Origin: Pseudomonadota bacterium
Lineage (GTDB): Bacteria; Bdellovibrionota_B; Oligoflexia; Oligoflexales; CAIYRB01
Length of the DNA stretch: 33,798 bases
Direction: 5' to 3'
NCBI GenBank assembly: GCA_031416315.1
Contig: JANOTL010000196.1
Span: forward strand, 1 to 33,798
The position numbers and the translations under genes were made by a program. Of this stretch, positions 28,501 through 33,798 are shown piece after piece. The notes beneath the pieces are model-generated. The model ran no database searches. It saw nothing but the letters and a program-made list of their open reading frames with translations, and was not told the DNA's origin. Position 1 is the stretch's first letter; every line of letters starts with the position of its first letter.

Positions 28501-28986
28501 GTAACCAACACCGCAACCTATACCGGACTCCAGTCGGGCTTCACCAACATTGACGCCGCCTGTACGACCGCAGGCAACAAGATCGACAGCAGCAAGACCT
28601 GGCTTGGTCTCGTCTCGATGGCGGCGACCGCTGCCAGCTCGCGCCCCACCTCTTGGGGTAACATCCGCAACATCAACGGCGACCTCGTCGCGTCGAGCCA
28701 AGCGGATCTCTTCGACGGCACTCTGACGTCGGCTGTCACCTACACCGAGCTGGGCACGCTCGCGGGAGCCGCACAGGTCTGGACGGGGTCGGACACGAAC
28801 GGCGCCATGGTCTCGGGCGGCCTGGCGACCGCAAACACGTGCACCGATTGGACTACGAACGCCGGCGGCTCCAAAAAGGCCAACATCGGCATCGCGAACT
28901 CCGCGACCGGGACTTGGCTCAACAACGGTACGCTAGCTTGCAGCAAGGGTAAGCGCTTTTACTGCATCTCGTCGACGCCGGACTGA
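19501..28986 (+). CDS. Giant Ig/invasin-repeat surface lipoprotein (adhesin) with C-terminal DUF1554-like Cys-rich modules
   Basis: ATG 19501; lipobox VVLTAC. Two FN3-like domains, 10 invasin-type repeats (QAKDAAGN...NGDGTYTATLTG), 7 Ig-like repeats (P.V..TFSE.V...SGSG..Y.F.VTP), 3 V.F...V.VTGTP.L.L repeats, and two WTG..C.DW..C..YC modules. Confidence 0.9.
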   Translation: MFRQTTKSLSQPRSRSILSWLVLAVVLTACQKKKSEEDASDLTGDDGNVRSVIASGAKQPISGSPTVTIITGIDGAGTVTLGGDVTAPAPGSAGAITSSNATYTSLSLSWAAAADDRAAPNELVYQVYRSTSANIVTVADCERNGEKLLSAPEVGKSALDLTALVAETDYYFNVVAKDPAGNAAAYAMLKTGTKRDTIAPTAGGAAGSTANTTISATLTPTTAALAWTKATDDLWPAASLTYTVFYSTSAPLTTVSDMETNGTSAGVAVDAAANLLSGLAPSGTYYVNVRVTDSSGNKSAYAPLTIQMPSIPISAVKSTVSIAGDATTVASGVGIAVTVQAKDSTGANVVTGGAIVAVTISGGTSTYSASSPIAAVDNGNGTYTATLTGVLAGTAATVGATINGTATTSTKTLSVTPGAIAASTSVVSIVGAVSTVASGTNVSVKLQAKDAAGNTVTSGGASVTFTKSGGTSTFIQSFPVTATNVGDGTYTASLTGNVPGTDATIGATVGGVATTSTATLRVVPGAIAASMSTVSIVGGATSITSSSSAVIRLQAKDAFGNNLTTGGATVKFTRSGGVATFTQAFPVTAIDNNDGTYSATLTGNQAGSAPTLSATINTAAVSSTTSLSVTPGAISTATSVVSIDSGATTVSSGSTVTVKLQAKDAAGNNLLTGPGGTTVKFTQTGGVSTFSEIFPLTAVDNGNGTYSATLTGYTAGTAKTLGATINTTAVTSTTSMTVLPGTATAANSVLSIVSGATTVASGSNVTLQLQAKDAAGNSLTASAGLAITFTLGAGASTFTQGFPITPTNNNNGTYTATLTGNQVGSARTFGATVGGTVTTSTTNMRVIPGPISMSNSVLSIVGGASSVASGGTATLKLQAKDAANNLLDAGGPVVIFTSAGGVATFNELFPITATDNTDGTYTATLTGNQAGSAPTLAAKIGSTVFTSTTGLSVTPGTISTATSVVSIDAGATSVSSGSTVTVRMQAKDAAGNNLLTGPGGTTVKFTQTGGLSTFSEIFPLTAVDNGDGTYSATLTGYTSGTAKTLGATINTAPVTSTTNLIVNPGTATAANSVVSIVSGATTVASGSSVTLQLQAKDAAGNSLTASSGLPVSFTLGAGGSTFTQGFPITPTNNNNGTYTATITGNLIGSARTFGATVNSTVTTSTTSLTVTPGSISTATSVLSIVGGAVSIASGSSATLKLQAKDAAGNDLAAGGATVSFTETGGVSTFTQTLPLTPTYIGGGAYTATLTGYTSGSAKTLGATIGGSAITSTTSLAVTPGPISAAQSQVTAASSSVAAGSNVQIKVTAYDAANNRITIGGETINFTRTGGTCTFTQTFALAAVNNGDGTYTANLTGSTAGSAATIGATFGATTITSTTSVDVNANVGASITGEPVGTNNTTVLAVTVAGTSVTQFKYKVGLTASTTCSDSTSYIGPTALGTAPHITDNISGTGDGPMTLCVVGGDASSNWQTYAAATVATWTKKATRPTATLATSAPNKFNTSSISFTLTYSDPVSVVALSDISVGNGTPSNLTGSGANYAFTVTPTAEGNVTIDVPQNGAVDVAGNNNTAATGFVRIYDITAPTIALTSSGYPATKVSPIPVTVTFSEDVLASFTSSDVSVVNGSISNFLGSGASYSFNVTPTGQGTVTVDVGANAALDAASNNNTAAPTLSLTYDTVAPGVTITSNSTTSTTNVSPIPVAVAFTESVGATFTSGDVTVGNGTISAFAGSGANYTFNVTPSGQGAVTVAIAAGVASDDATNGNTVATTLTRTYDTTAPTVALTSVGSGPTNSSTIAMTATFTKSVTGFVDTDITVGNGTVSGFSGSGTTYTFNVTPSAQGVVTIDVGSAVAVDTAGNGNTAATQHSRTYDSLAPTVVIDSTAGPQTKTSPIPITVLFSESVGTSFTSGDVTIGNGTIINFSGSGASYSFGVTPTGQGSVTVDIAAGRATDDAGNGNTIASQIARTYDSLAPGVTITSNSTTSTTNVSPIPVAVAFTESVGTTFTSGDVTVGNGTISAFAGSGANYTFDVTPSGQGAVTVAIAAGVASDDATNGNTVATTLTRTYDSTAPTVTLSSATAQAPLFTNTSPIPVSVTISESVTTFTSGDVTVGNGTVSGFSGSGTSYSFNVTPSGQGSVTVNVNAGTAPDAAANNNTAATQLTFTYDSVAPVVSSVTATNASGTYGLGQVISIQVVFDSAVTVTGTPTLTLNTTPTARTATYASGSGTSTLVFSYTTQAGDGTASNLDYATTSALALAGGTIRDSASNNATLTLPTVGGTSSLAAKLIVINTTSASVQSVDATTANGSYTTGSVIAIRVVFNDIMTVTGTPTLALNTSPARSATFDVASNNTTDLIFNYTVQAGDIAGDLGYSSVTALALAGGTISDSTPNAAVLTLPADGSGLSLADSKDIIIDTTVPTVTGVSSNTTNGSYTVDVQLDVTVSFAEPVFVTGAPRIQLNVTNNTATTRYATYVSGSGTGALVFSYTVQGPNTSLGDQAKSPELDYASTTALGLNAGTIKDAAGNNATLTLAAPGAAGSLGANKNLIIDSGLPPSLTISGVTCCSVNSLKANAIELKLNYPTDTSAFNNVKIRRAAGSTPPSATDCTSHTAVGSPITVFTPNPSTLTADDVGAYNGGGVYSYRACAFDASNNVIATSTVSALTASNFQWAIVRSTTSNGNLTNVATATANCTGTSSAGWAVDNSLEWTALLSDTAMEAAGRVPITGSVYNRNPAPAVVATSYTTMWGGSATAITYDETGAASSGNAWTGSTAAGGRDANRCTDWSVTTGNGMAGAVTTSTMTGTTTSGSVTVSALSSTSSLSVGSSVSGAGIPAGTKIATIPSSTTITLTVAATASATGVSLTFAPMFSGASTTCTSALRTYCVSKNIEPLTAFSVAKPGSGAQGDVAVTVDFPATTTNWTKLEIRRKLGPTPPVSACNTDTLVKTYNGPTFTDETFTDATARPGAYYSYIACLYKGTSVVATVTSAAPVRTYHATTANTIFVTNTATYTGLQSGFTNIDAACTTAGNKIDSSKTWLGLVSMAATAASSRPTSWGNIRNINGDLVASSQADLFDGTLTSAVTYTELGTLAGAAQVWTGSDTNGAMVSGGLATANTCTDWTTNAGGSKKANIGIANSATGTWLNNGTLACSKGKRFYCISSTPD

Positions 28987-29160
28987 TTTCCAAGCCGCCC
29001 GCTAAGTCTTCGGGACGACAAATAAAACAATAACTTTTCGCGGATGTTGAGTCCCGACCGTCCCGCGTCTGCTTGCAGTCGTCGGTAAATCTCGGGACAA
29101 TGGAGATGTCCGTTCCCCCCGAACGATTGCCCAGCCATCCTGCAGCGCAGGGAGCTCAGC

Positions 29161-29739
29161 TTGCGTGCGTTCATCAAAATCGTCCTAGCAGCATGCGTCG
29201 TCTTCGCCGCCGCGCCCGTCGCGTCGGCCCAAGACATCTCGGCGACCGGCTCCACGGGCAGCGTCGGCAACGGCCTCCTCATCTCGGGCCATGCGTTCTT
29301 CTACTCGGATAGCTCCTCTTTGGGCGGCGCCGTGCTCAACGACGGGTCCTCGAGCTTTTTACGCGGCGACGTCCAGTACAACTGGCAGGAATACTTCGTC
29401 GGGGTCGGCGGCTTCTACGAGCGCGACAGCTTTGGCGAGGGCCAGACCGACTCCGCCTTCGGCGCCATCATTGAGATCGTCTTCGGCTCCTTCTTCATCA
29501 AGATGATGCCGGGCTTCATGGAGCAGAACTTCGTCGAGCGGTCGTTCGCCAAGCGCTCGGGAAGCTTCCTCGGATTCGAAGGCGGCGTGCGCGGCTCGCT
29601 TTACGACAAGCTCGTCTTCTACGAGGTCGCCCTGCACCGCCGCACGCAGAGCATCACCCAAGAAGACAGCCGGGACATGGCGGACCCCTTCTCGAAGACC
29701 GAGATGATGCCCATGCTCGGCGTGGGAATCTCGCTATGA
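29161..29739 (+). CDS. Small outer-membrane beta-barrel-like protein
   Basis: GGGAG RBS and TTG start; signal peptide ending ASA; alternating amphipathic strands; C-terminal strand MLGVGISL. Confidence 0.7.
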   Translation: MRAFIKIVLAACVVFAAAPVASAQDISATGSTGSVGNGLLISGHAFFYSDSSSLGGAVLNDGSSSFLRGDVQYNWQEYFVGVGGFYERDSFGEGQTDSAFGAIIEIVFGSFFIKMMPGFMEQNFVERSFAKRSGSFLGFEGGVRGSLYDKLVFYEVALHRRTQSITQEDSRDMADPFSKTEMMPMLGVGISL

Positions 29740-30620
29740 TCCGGCACCTCCCGATCTCGGCCGCGCTGGCCTCCCTCCTGGGCGGCTGTGGCGCGCCGGA
29801 CGCCTCGACGCTCACGCATCCGCCGCGCAGCGCGAGCTTCCCGATGTACGTCACCGTCCCGGGAACGACGCTCGGCACCGGCGCGATCTATCAGATCGAT
29901 GCGCCAGCCTCGGTCGACGGCCTGTCCTCGCCGACCCTCTTCCTGAGCAACCTGAACTTTCCGTCCGCCGTCTCGGTGTCGAAGGACGGTACGGTGTTCT
30001 TCGCCGAGCGTCCGACCCCTTCGACGGGGTCGATCAGCAAGGTTGGCGCTACCGGCGTCGTCGTTCCCATCGTCACGAACCTCAACGATCCGCAAGGCAT
30101 CGCGGTCGACTCCATCGACCGGCTCTACGCCGTCGAAGCCGGCAACGGCACCGTCTCGCAGATCGCCATCGACGGGACCCGCACCGAGATCTTCTCGGGC
30201 CTCGCCCGGCCCCGCGCGCTTGCGGTCGACGCTGTCGACAACCTGCTCGTGACCGAGGCGAACGCGGGCACCGCCGTCCGGATCATCCCCGACGGGACGC
30301 GCATCGACGCCTCGCAGGGCTTGACCTACCCGATCGCCTTCACGCCCGGTCTCGTCGGCGGACTCTACTGTCTCGATGCCGGCACCGGCGACGGGGACGG
30401 CACCGTCTTCAGCGTCGAGGACGACGGCTCCCGCACCGCGTACTTATCGCGGCTCTTGAATCCGAAGGGCATGGCCTGGGAAGACGGCACGATCGTGTAC
30501 ATTGTCGAAGGTGCGCCTGAGTTCCGGATCTTGAAGTACTCGCGTGTCACCAAAGCGACGACGCTCGTCGCGCGCCTGCCGGCTGAGCCGCACAGCGTCG
30601 CATTCACGCCGATCGACTGA
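29736..30620 (+). CDS. NHL/SMP-30-like beta-propeller lipoprotein
   Basis: ATGA overlap with the previous gene; lipobox LLGGC; blades LNFPSAVSV, LNDPQGIAVD, LARPRALAVD, LTYPIAF and LLNPKGMAW. Confidence 0.85.
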   Translation: MIRHLPISAALASLLGGCGAPDASTLTHPPRSASFPMYVTVPGTTLGTGAIYQIDAPASVDGLSSPTLFLSNLNFPSAVSVSKDGTVFFAERPTPSTGSISKVGATGVVVPIVTNLNDPQGIAVDSIDRLYAVEAGNGTVSQIAIDGTRTEIFSGLARPRALAVDAVDNLLVTEANAGTAVRIIPDGTRIDASQGLTYPIAFTPGLVGGLYCLDAGTGDGDGTVFSVEDDGSRTAYLSRLLNPKGMAWEDGTIVYIVEGAPEFRILKYSRVTKATTLVARLPAEPHSVAFTPID

Positions 30621-30628
30621 GGCACTCG

Positions 30629-31333
30629 ATGGATTTGCAGCGACCGGGCTTGGCCCTTCTCCTGACCCTCGCCGCTGGCTGCGGCGACGCCCTCAATCCG
30701 TACGCCACCTCCTCGCCGACGCGCGTGCCGACGATTAGTTTCGACTCGGTGAAGCAGTCCGGCGACATCACGACGATCCTCGTCTCGTTCCAAAAGGTGC
30801 TCGTCGCCGACACTTGGAACCTGCGCTTCGCCTCGACGTCGACCACGACGCTGGGCGGCGCGATCGGCCTCGACCTGACCGTCACGAGCCGGAAGATCGA
30901 GTGGAACACGGCCGAGACCCCCTCGGGGACGTATTATCTCTACGGCGAGCTCGCGAGCCTGGGTGGAGTTTATACGGCAAGCGCACCGGTCCCCGTGACC
31001 GTCCGCGGCGGCGTCGTCGCCGGAAACACCGCCCCCACGGCGTCGCTCAGCTATCCCCAAGGCGGAGAGCGCTTGGTGCGCGGCAGCACCGTCGAAGTGC
31101 CCTATACGGCTGCGGACGCCGACGGCGACTCGCCGACGGTGCGCATCGAGCTTAGCAACGACTCTGGGAACAGCTGGACGACCTTGGCAGATGGGGTCTC
31201 TGGCTCGCCTTACGCATGGGTGGTCCCGGCCGATCAAGCGGTCGGCCTCTCTTACAAGATTAGGGTGGTCGCGATCGATGCCGCCGGCGCGGTCGGCGCG
31301 GCAGCGTCGCGCCGGGCGTTCTCGATCGAGTAG
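30629..31333 (+). CDS. Lipoprotein with two Ig-like domains
   Basis: Lipobox LAAGC; EWNT..TPSGTYYLY; NTAPT....PQGGE...D.DGD....IELSND.G.SW....Y.W.VP...YKIRV. Confidence 0.8.
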   Translation: MDLQRPGLALLLTLAAGCGDALNPYATSSPTRVPTISFDSVKQSGDITTILVSFQKVLVADTWNLRFASTSTTTLGGAIGLDLTVTSRKIEWNTAETPSGTYYLYGELASLGGVYTASAPVPVTVRGGVVAGNTAPTASLSYPQGGERLVRGSTVEVPYTAADADGDSPTVRIELSNDSGNSWTTLADGVSGSPYAWVVPADQAVGLSYKIRVVAIDAAGAVGAAASRRAFSIE

Positions 31334-31378
31334 GCATTCCGGTTGCCGGCGGTCGTAAGCTCTGGTATCTCATGTGAT

Positions 31379-31684
31379 ATGAGCTATTCGAAGTTTACGG
31401 TCGACAATACGACCTGCTCCCGCCGTTTTCACATCACCTTCGATGACGAGGCGGAGAAGCTGCCTCGCGTCGAGTTGCGTTGCCAGTATTGCAACGTGGT
31501 CATCTTCGCCGAGGACGATCATCCGCCGATCCGTCTCGCGCGCGAGGAGAACCTGGTGAAGACCTCGGCGCTCAGCGACCTCTTGGTCCGCGACTGCGAC
31601 TTCAGCGACTCCTTGTCGAAGAAGACCATCGCCCAGTCCAAGGACCTCGGGCCGATGTATCCGGACCACGCGACCCGCAAATGA
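31379..31684 (+). CDS. Small hypothetical protein, possible Zn-ribbon
   Basis: ATG 31379; C..RRFH ... CQYC; ATGA overlap with the next gene. Confidence 0.7.
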   Translation: MSYSKFTVDNTTCSRRFHITFDDEAEKLPRVELRCQYCNVVIFAEDDHPPIRLAREENLVKTSALSDLLVRDCDFSDSLSKKTIAQSKDLGPMYPDHATRK

Positions 31685-32367
31685 GCGCGCCCCGCGAGAT
31701 CCCGCACGTCGTCGTCATCGATCCGGGCGTCAAGGTCCCCGAGCTCGACACGTTCAATCACATGAGCCTGATCGCGCACCGCGAATCGGGGCTCCCGCTC
31801 ACCTACCATCAGCCGGCGATGTTCGGCATGGCCTCGGTCCTGGCGGAGAGCCCGAAGGCGATCCGCGGCGTGGTCGTGCTCGGGAGCGCCAGTAGCGTGA
31901 ACGAGCGGCTGCCGTGGCAAATCCTGCTCGAAGGGTGGCTGAAGCCGCTCGCCGACAAGGCGCTCCCGACCTTGGGAATCTGTTATGGCCATCAGATGCT
32001 GGCGCACATGTACAGTGGAAAGGTCGACTTCCTGGCGCCGCGCCGCACGCTCGTCGGGTTCCGCGAGATCGAGATGTTGAGCGACGCGTCAGGGCCGAAG
32101 TGGGGCACGACGCGCGGCGAGGTCGCGGTGTCGCATCAGGAGTGCGTGAGCGAGATGCCGCGCGTGATGCGGCCGATCGCTCGCAGCGCGGAGCTCGGCG
32201 CGGAGGGCATGGAGGCCATGCGCCATCTCGAGCTGCCGATCTTCTCGTTTCAGTCGCATCCCGAAGCGACCAGAGCGTTCCTCGCCGGTCACGGAATCGA
32301 GGATGAGCCGGCACGCCTGGGTTATGGGGCGGCGCTCATCGCCGCCTTCTTCGCCTACTTGGCCTGA
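31681..32367 (+). CDS. Class I glutamine amidotransferase (GMP-synthase-like/YfeJ type)
   Basis: LGSASSV, LGICYGHQMLA (nucleophile Cys), SHQE and FQSHPE (His-Glu). Confidence 0.9.
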   Translation: MSAPREIPHVVVIDPGVKVPELDTFNHMSLIAHRESGLPLTYHQPAMFGMASVLAESPKAIRGVVVLGSASSVNERLPWQILLEGWLKPLADKALPTLGICYGHQMLAHMYSGKVDFLAPRRTLVGFREIEMLSDASGPKWGTTRGEVAVSHQECVSEMPRVMRPIARSAELGAEGMEAMRHLELPIFSFQSHPEATRAFLAGHGIEDEPARLGYGAALIAAFFAYLA

Positions 32368-32502
32368 TGCCGGCAGAAAGTTCGCTCGGCGTTCGAGCGA
32401 GCCATCGCTATTATTGCCTACCGGCGAAGCCCACAGGCCCGCGCGACGCAATTTTTTACCGTGTCTTTTCAGACACTTCCGCTGACACAAGGCACGACGC
32501 CC

Positions 32503-32529
32503 TCAAGCGAAGCCGCCGCCGGACGACAA
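32503..32529 (+). promoter_or_regulatory. Candidate sigma28 (FliA) promoter of flagellin
   Basis: TCAAG-N14-GACGACAA resembles TAAAG/TCAAG-N14-GCCGATAA; ~60 nt upstream of ATG 32589; AGGAGGT RBS. Confidence 0.4.
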
Positions 32530-32588
32530 CACCCCTAGAGAATCGCATGAAGTGATTCGAAGTCAGAGATGACAGGAGGTCATGTCAA

Positions 32589-33521
32589 ATGGGTCTGCGA
32601 ATTCGCACCAACGTATCCTCGCTCAACGCCCAGCGTCGCCTGGGTCAGTCGACCGACATGTTGGAAGCCAGTGGGAACAAGCTCGCATCAGGCGAGCGCA
32701 TCAACAGAGCAGCTGACGACGCCGCCGGTCTCGCTATCTCCGAGAACCTACGCGCCGACGTCCGCTCCCTCAACCAAGCCAAGCGCAACGCGCTGGACGG
32801 CGTCTCGCTCGTTCAGACGGCCGAAGGCGGGTTGATGGAAACGACGAACATGCTCGTCCGGCTCCGCGAGCTGGCGACGCAGAGCTCGTCGGACACGATC
32901 GGCAACACGGAGCGTGGCTTCCTCGACCAAGAGTATCAAGCTCTGAAGTACGAGATCGACCGCATCGCGAACTCCACTGAGTTCAACGGCACCCGCCTCC
33001 TGGTCGGCCAGGTGCAGATGCCGGAAGAAATGAGCACCGCGCAGAACGCCTTCCCGCTGGAAGTCCAAGTCGGCAAGGACTACTACGTCGGCGCGGACGC
33101 GGTCGACAACGTCAACCCGACGAACATCATCCGCATCGACCTGCAGGGGCTCAACGCTTTCGCCACCGGCGAAAACAGCTTGAACCTCAACCAGTCGCAA
33201 GCTGGCGAGGAAGTGTCGGGTATCACCGACAAGAAGATGGCCCAGCTCTCCCTCGGCCGCCTCGACGAGGCGATCACCAAGGTGAACAGCTACCGCGCCT
33301 ACCTCGGCGCGATCCAGAACCGCTTCGGCTCGACGATCACCAACTTGGGGATCCAGACCGAGAACTTGGAAACCGCGCGCAGTCGCATCCGCGACACGGA
33401 CTTCGCGTCCGAGACCGCCGAGTTCACCAAGGCGAAGATGCTGCAGCAAGCCGGCACGTCGGTCCTCGCGCAGGCGAACCAGATGCCGCAGGTCGCCATG
33501 GGCCTTCTGCAGGCGATGTAA
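32589..33521 (+). CDS. fliC: Flagellin
   Basis: IRTNVSSLNAQR, LASGERINRAADDAAGLAISE, RAYLGAIQNR and SRIRDTDFASE...QQAGTSVLAQAN; 310 aa with a short variable region. Confidence 0.98.
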   Translation: MGLRIRTNVSSLNAQRRLGQSTDMLEASGNKLASGERINRAADDAAGLAISENLRADVRSLNQAKRNALDGVSLVQTAEGGLMETTNMLVRLRELATQSSSDTIGNTERGFLDQEYQALKYEIDRIANSTEFNGTRLLVGQVQMPEEMSTAQNAFPLEVQVGKDYYVGADAVDNVNPTNIIRIDLQGLNAFATGENSLNLNQSQAGEEVSGITDKKMAQLSLGRLDEAITKVNSYRAYLGAIQNRFGSTITNLGIQTENLETARSRIRDTDFASETAEFTKAKMLQQAGTSVLAQANQMPQVAMGLLQAM

Positions 33522-33570
33522 TCGGGTACCGGTTTCGTTTTCGATCCATGACTTCAGTCATCTACATAAT

Positions 33571-33609
33571 GGCAGGGAGGGCTTTGGCGCTCCCTGTCCT
33601 TCTCCTTTT
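33571..33609 (+). terminator. Probable flagellin terminator
   Basis: GGCAGGGAG / CTCCCTGTC stem followed by a pyrimidine/T-rich run. Confidence 0.55.
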
Positions 33610-33717
33610 GTGGCTTTTTTGGGCGGCGCTGCGCGCGGCGGTTGCGGCGCTGCGCGCGGCCTGGGACTGCGCTGCGCGCGGCTTTGGCTTGCGCCTTGGC
33701 GGCGCAAGATGTGGGAT

Positions 33718-33798
33718 GCCTCCGGCGGGGACTCACCCTCGGCGAGCAAGAATCTCGCCGCATGGAGCCGTTCGATGCGGACGGCTCCATGCGGCGAG
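33718..33798. repeat. Dispersed long-hairpin repeat element, copy 2 (truncated by the window edge)
   Basis: Reverse complement of 10139-10219 with one substitution; the stem arms visible here are perfectly complementary. Confidence 0.92.

Noticed and set aside
32490..32505. AGGCACG as a sigma54 -24 box for flagellin
   Set aside because: The -12 position is TC rather than GC.
33623..33682. Three short direct repeats as a possible mini-CRISPR
   Set aside because: 14-bp repeats with 7-8-nt spacers are far too short, and no cas genes are present.
10139..33798. The two inverted hairpin copies as terminal inverted repeats of a ~23.6-kb composite transposon
   Set aside because: The enclosed DNA includes core genes (prfC, gmhA, fliC) and no transposase; dispersed repeats are the simpler explanation.

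Overview
High-GC bacterial chromosomal window. The gene styles (DUF222-like HNH gene, many lipoproteins, ELWxxDGT and Ig-repeat surface proteins, short flagellin) suggest a predatory delta-like lineage such as Bdellovibrionota/Oligoflexia or Myxococcota; this is inference only. Housekeeping genes: DUF883 plus a membrane partner, VanZ-like, waaF-like GT9, rimI, SurA-N-like, HU, prfC, class I mannose-6-phosphate isomerase, gmhA, class I glutamine amidotransferase and flagellin. Secreted or surface genes: an ELWxxDGT repeat lipoprotein, a papain-like C1 peptidase, an S8 subtilase, an SdiA-regulated/YjiK-like propeller, and a ~3160-aa invasin/Ig-repeat lipoprotein followed by a small beta-barrel and two lipoproteins. 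The most unusual locus is about 8.7-10.3 kb. There a helical/HTH plus HNH nuclease gene carries three same-orientation copies of the near-palindrome GTTCCGCGCGAAAC (upstream, middle, 3' end), and strand composition flips from G/T-rich to C/A-rich around the middle copy. G-quadruplex-type tracts abut the two outer copies, and an upstream 25-bp-stem hairpin element recurs almost identically, inverted, at the right edge of the window. This looks like a candidate selfish or mobile HNH element. No rRNA, tRNA or CRISPR array was recognised.
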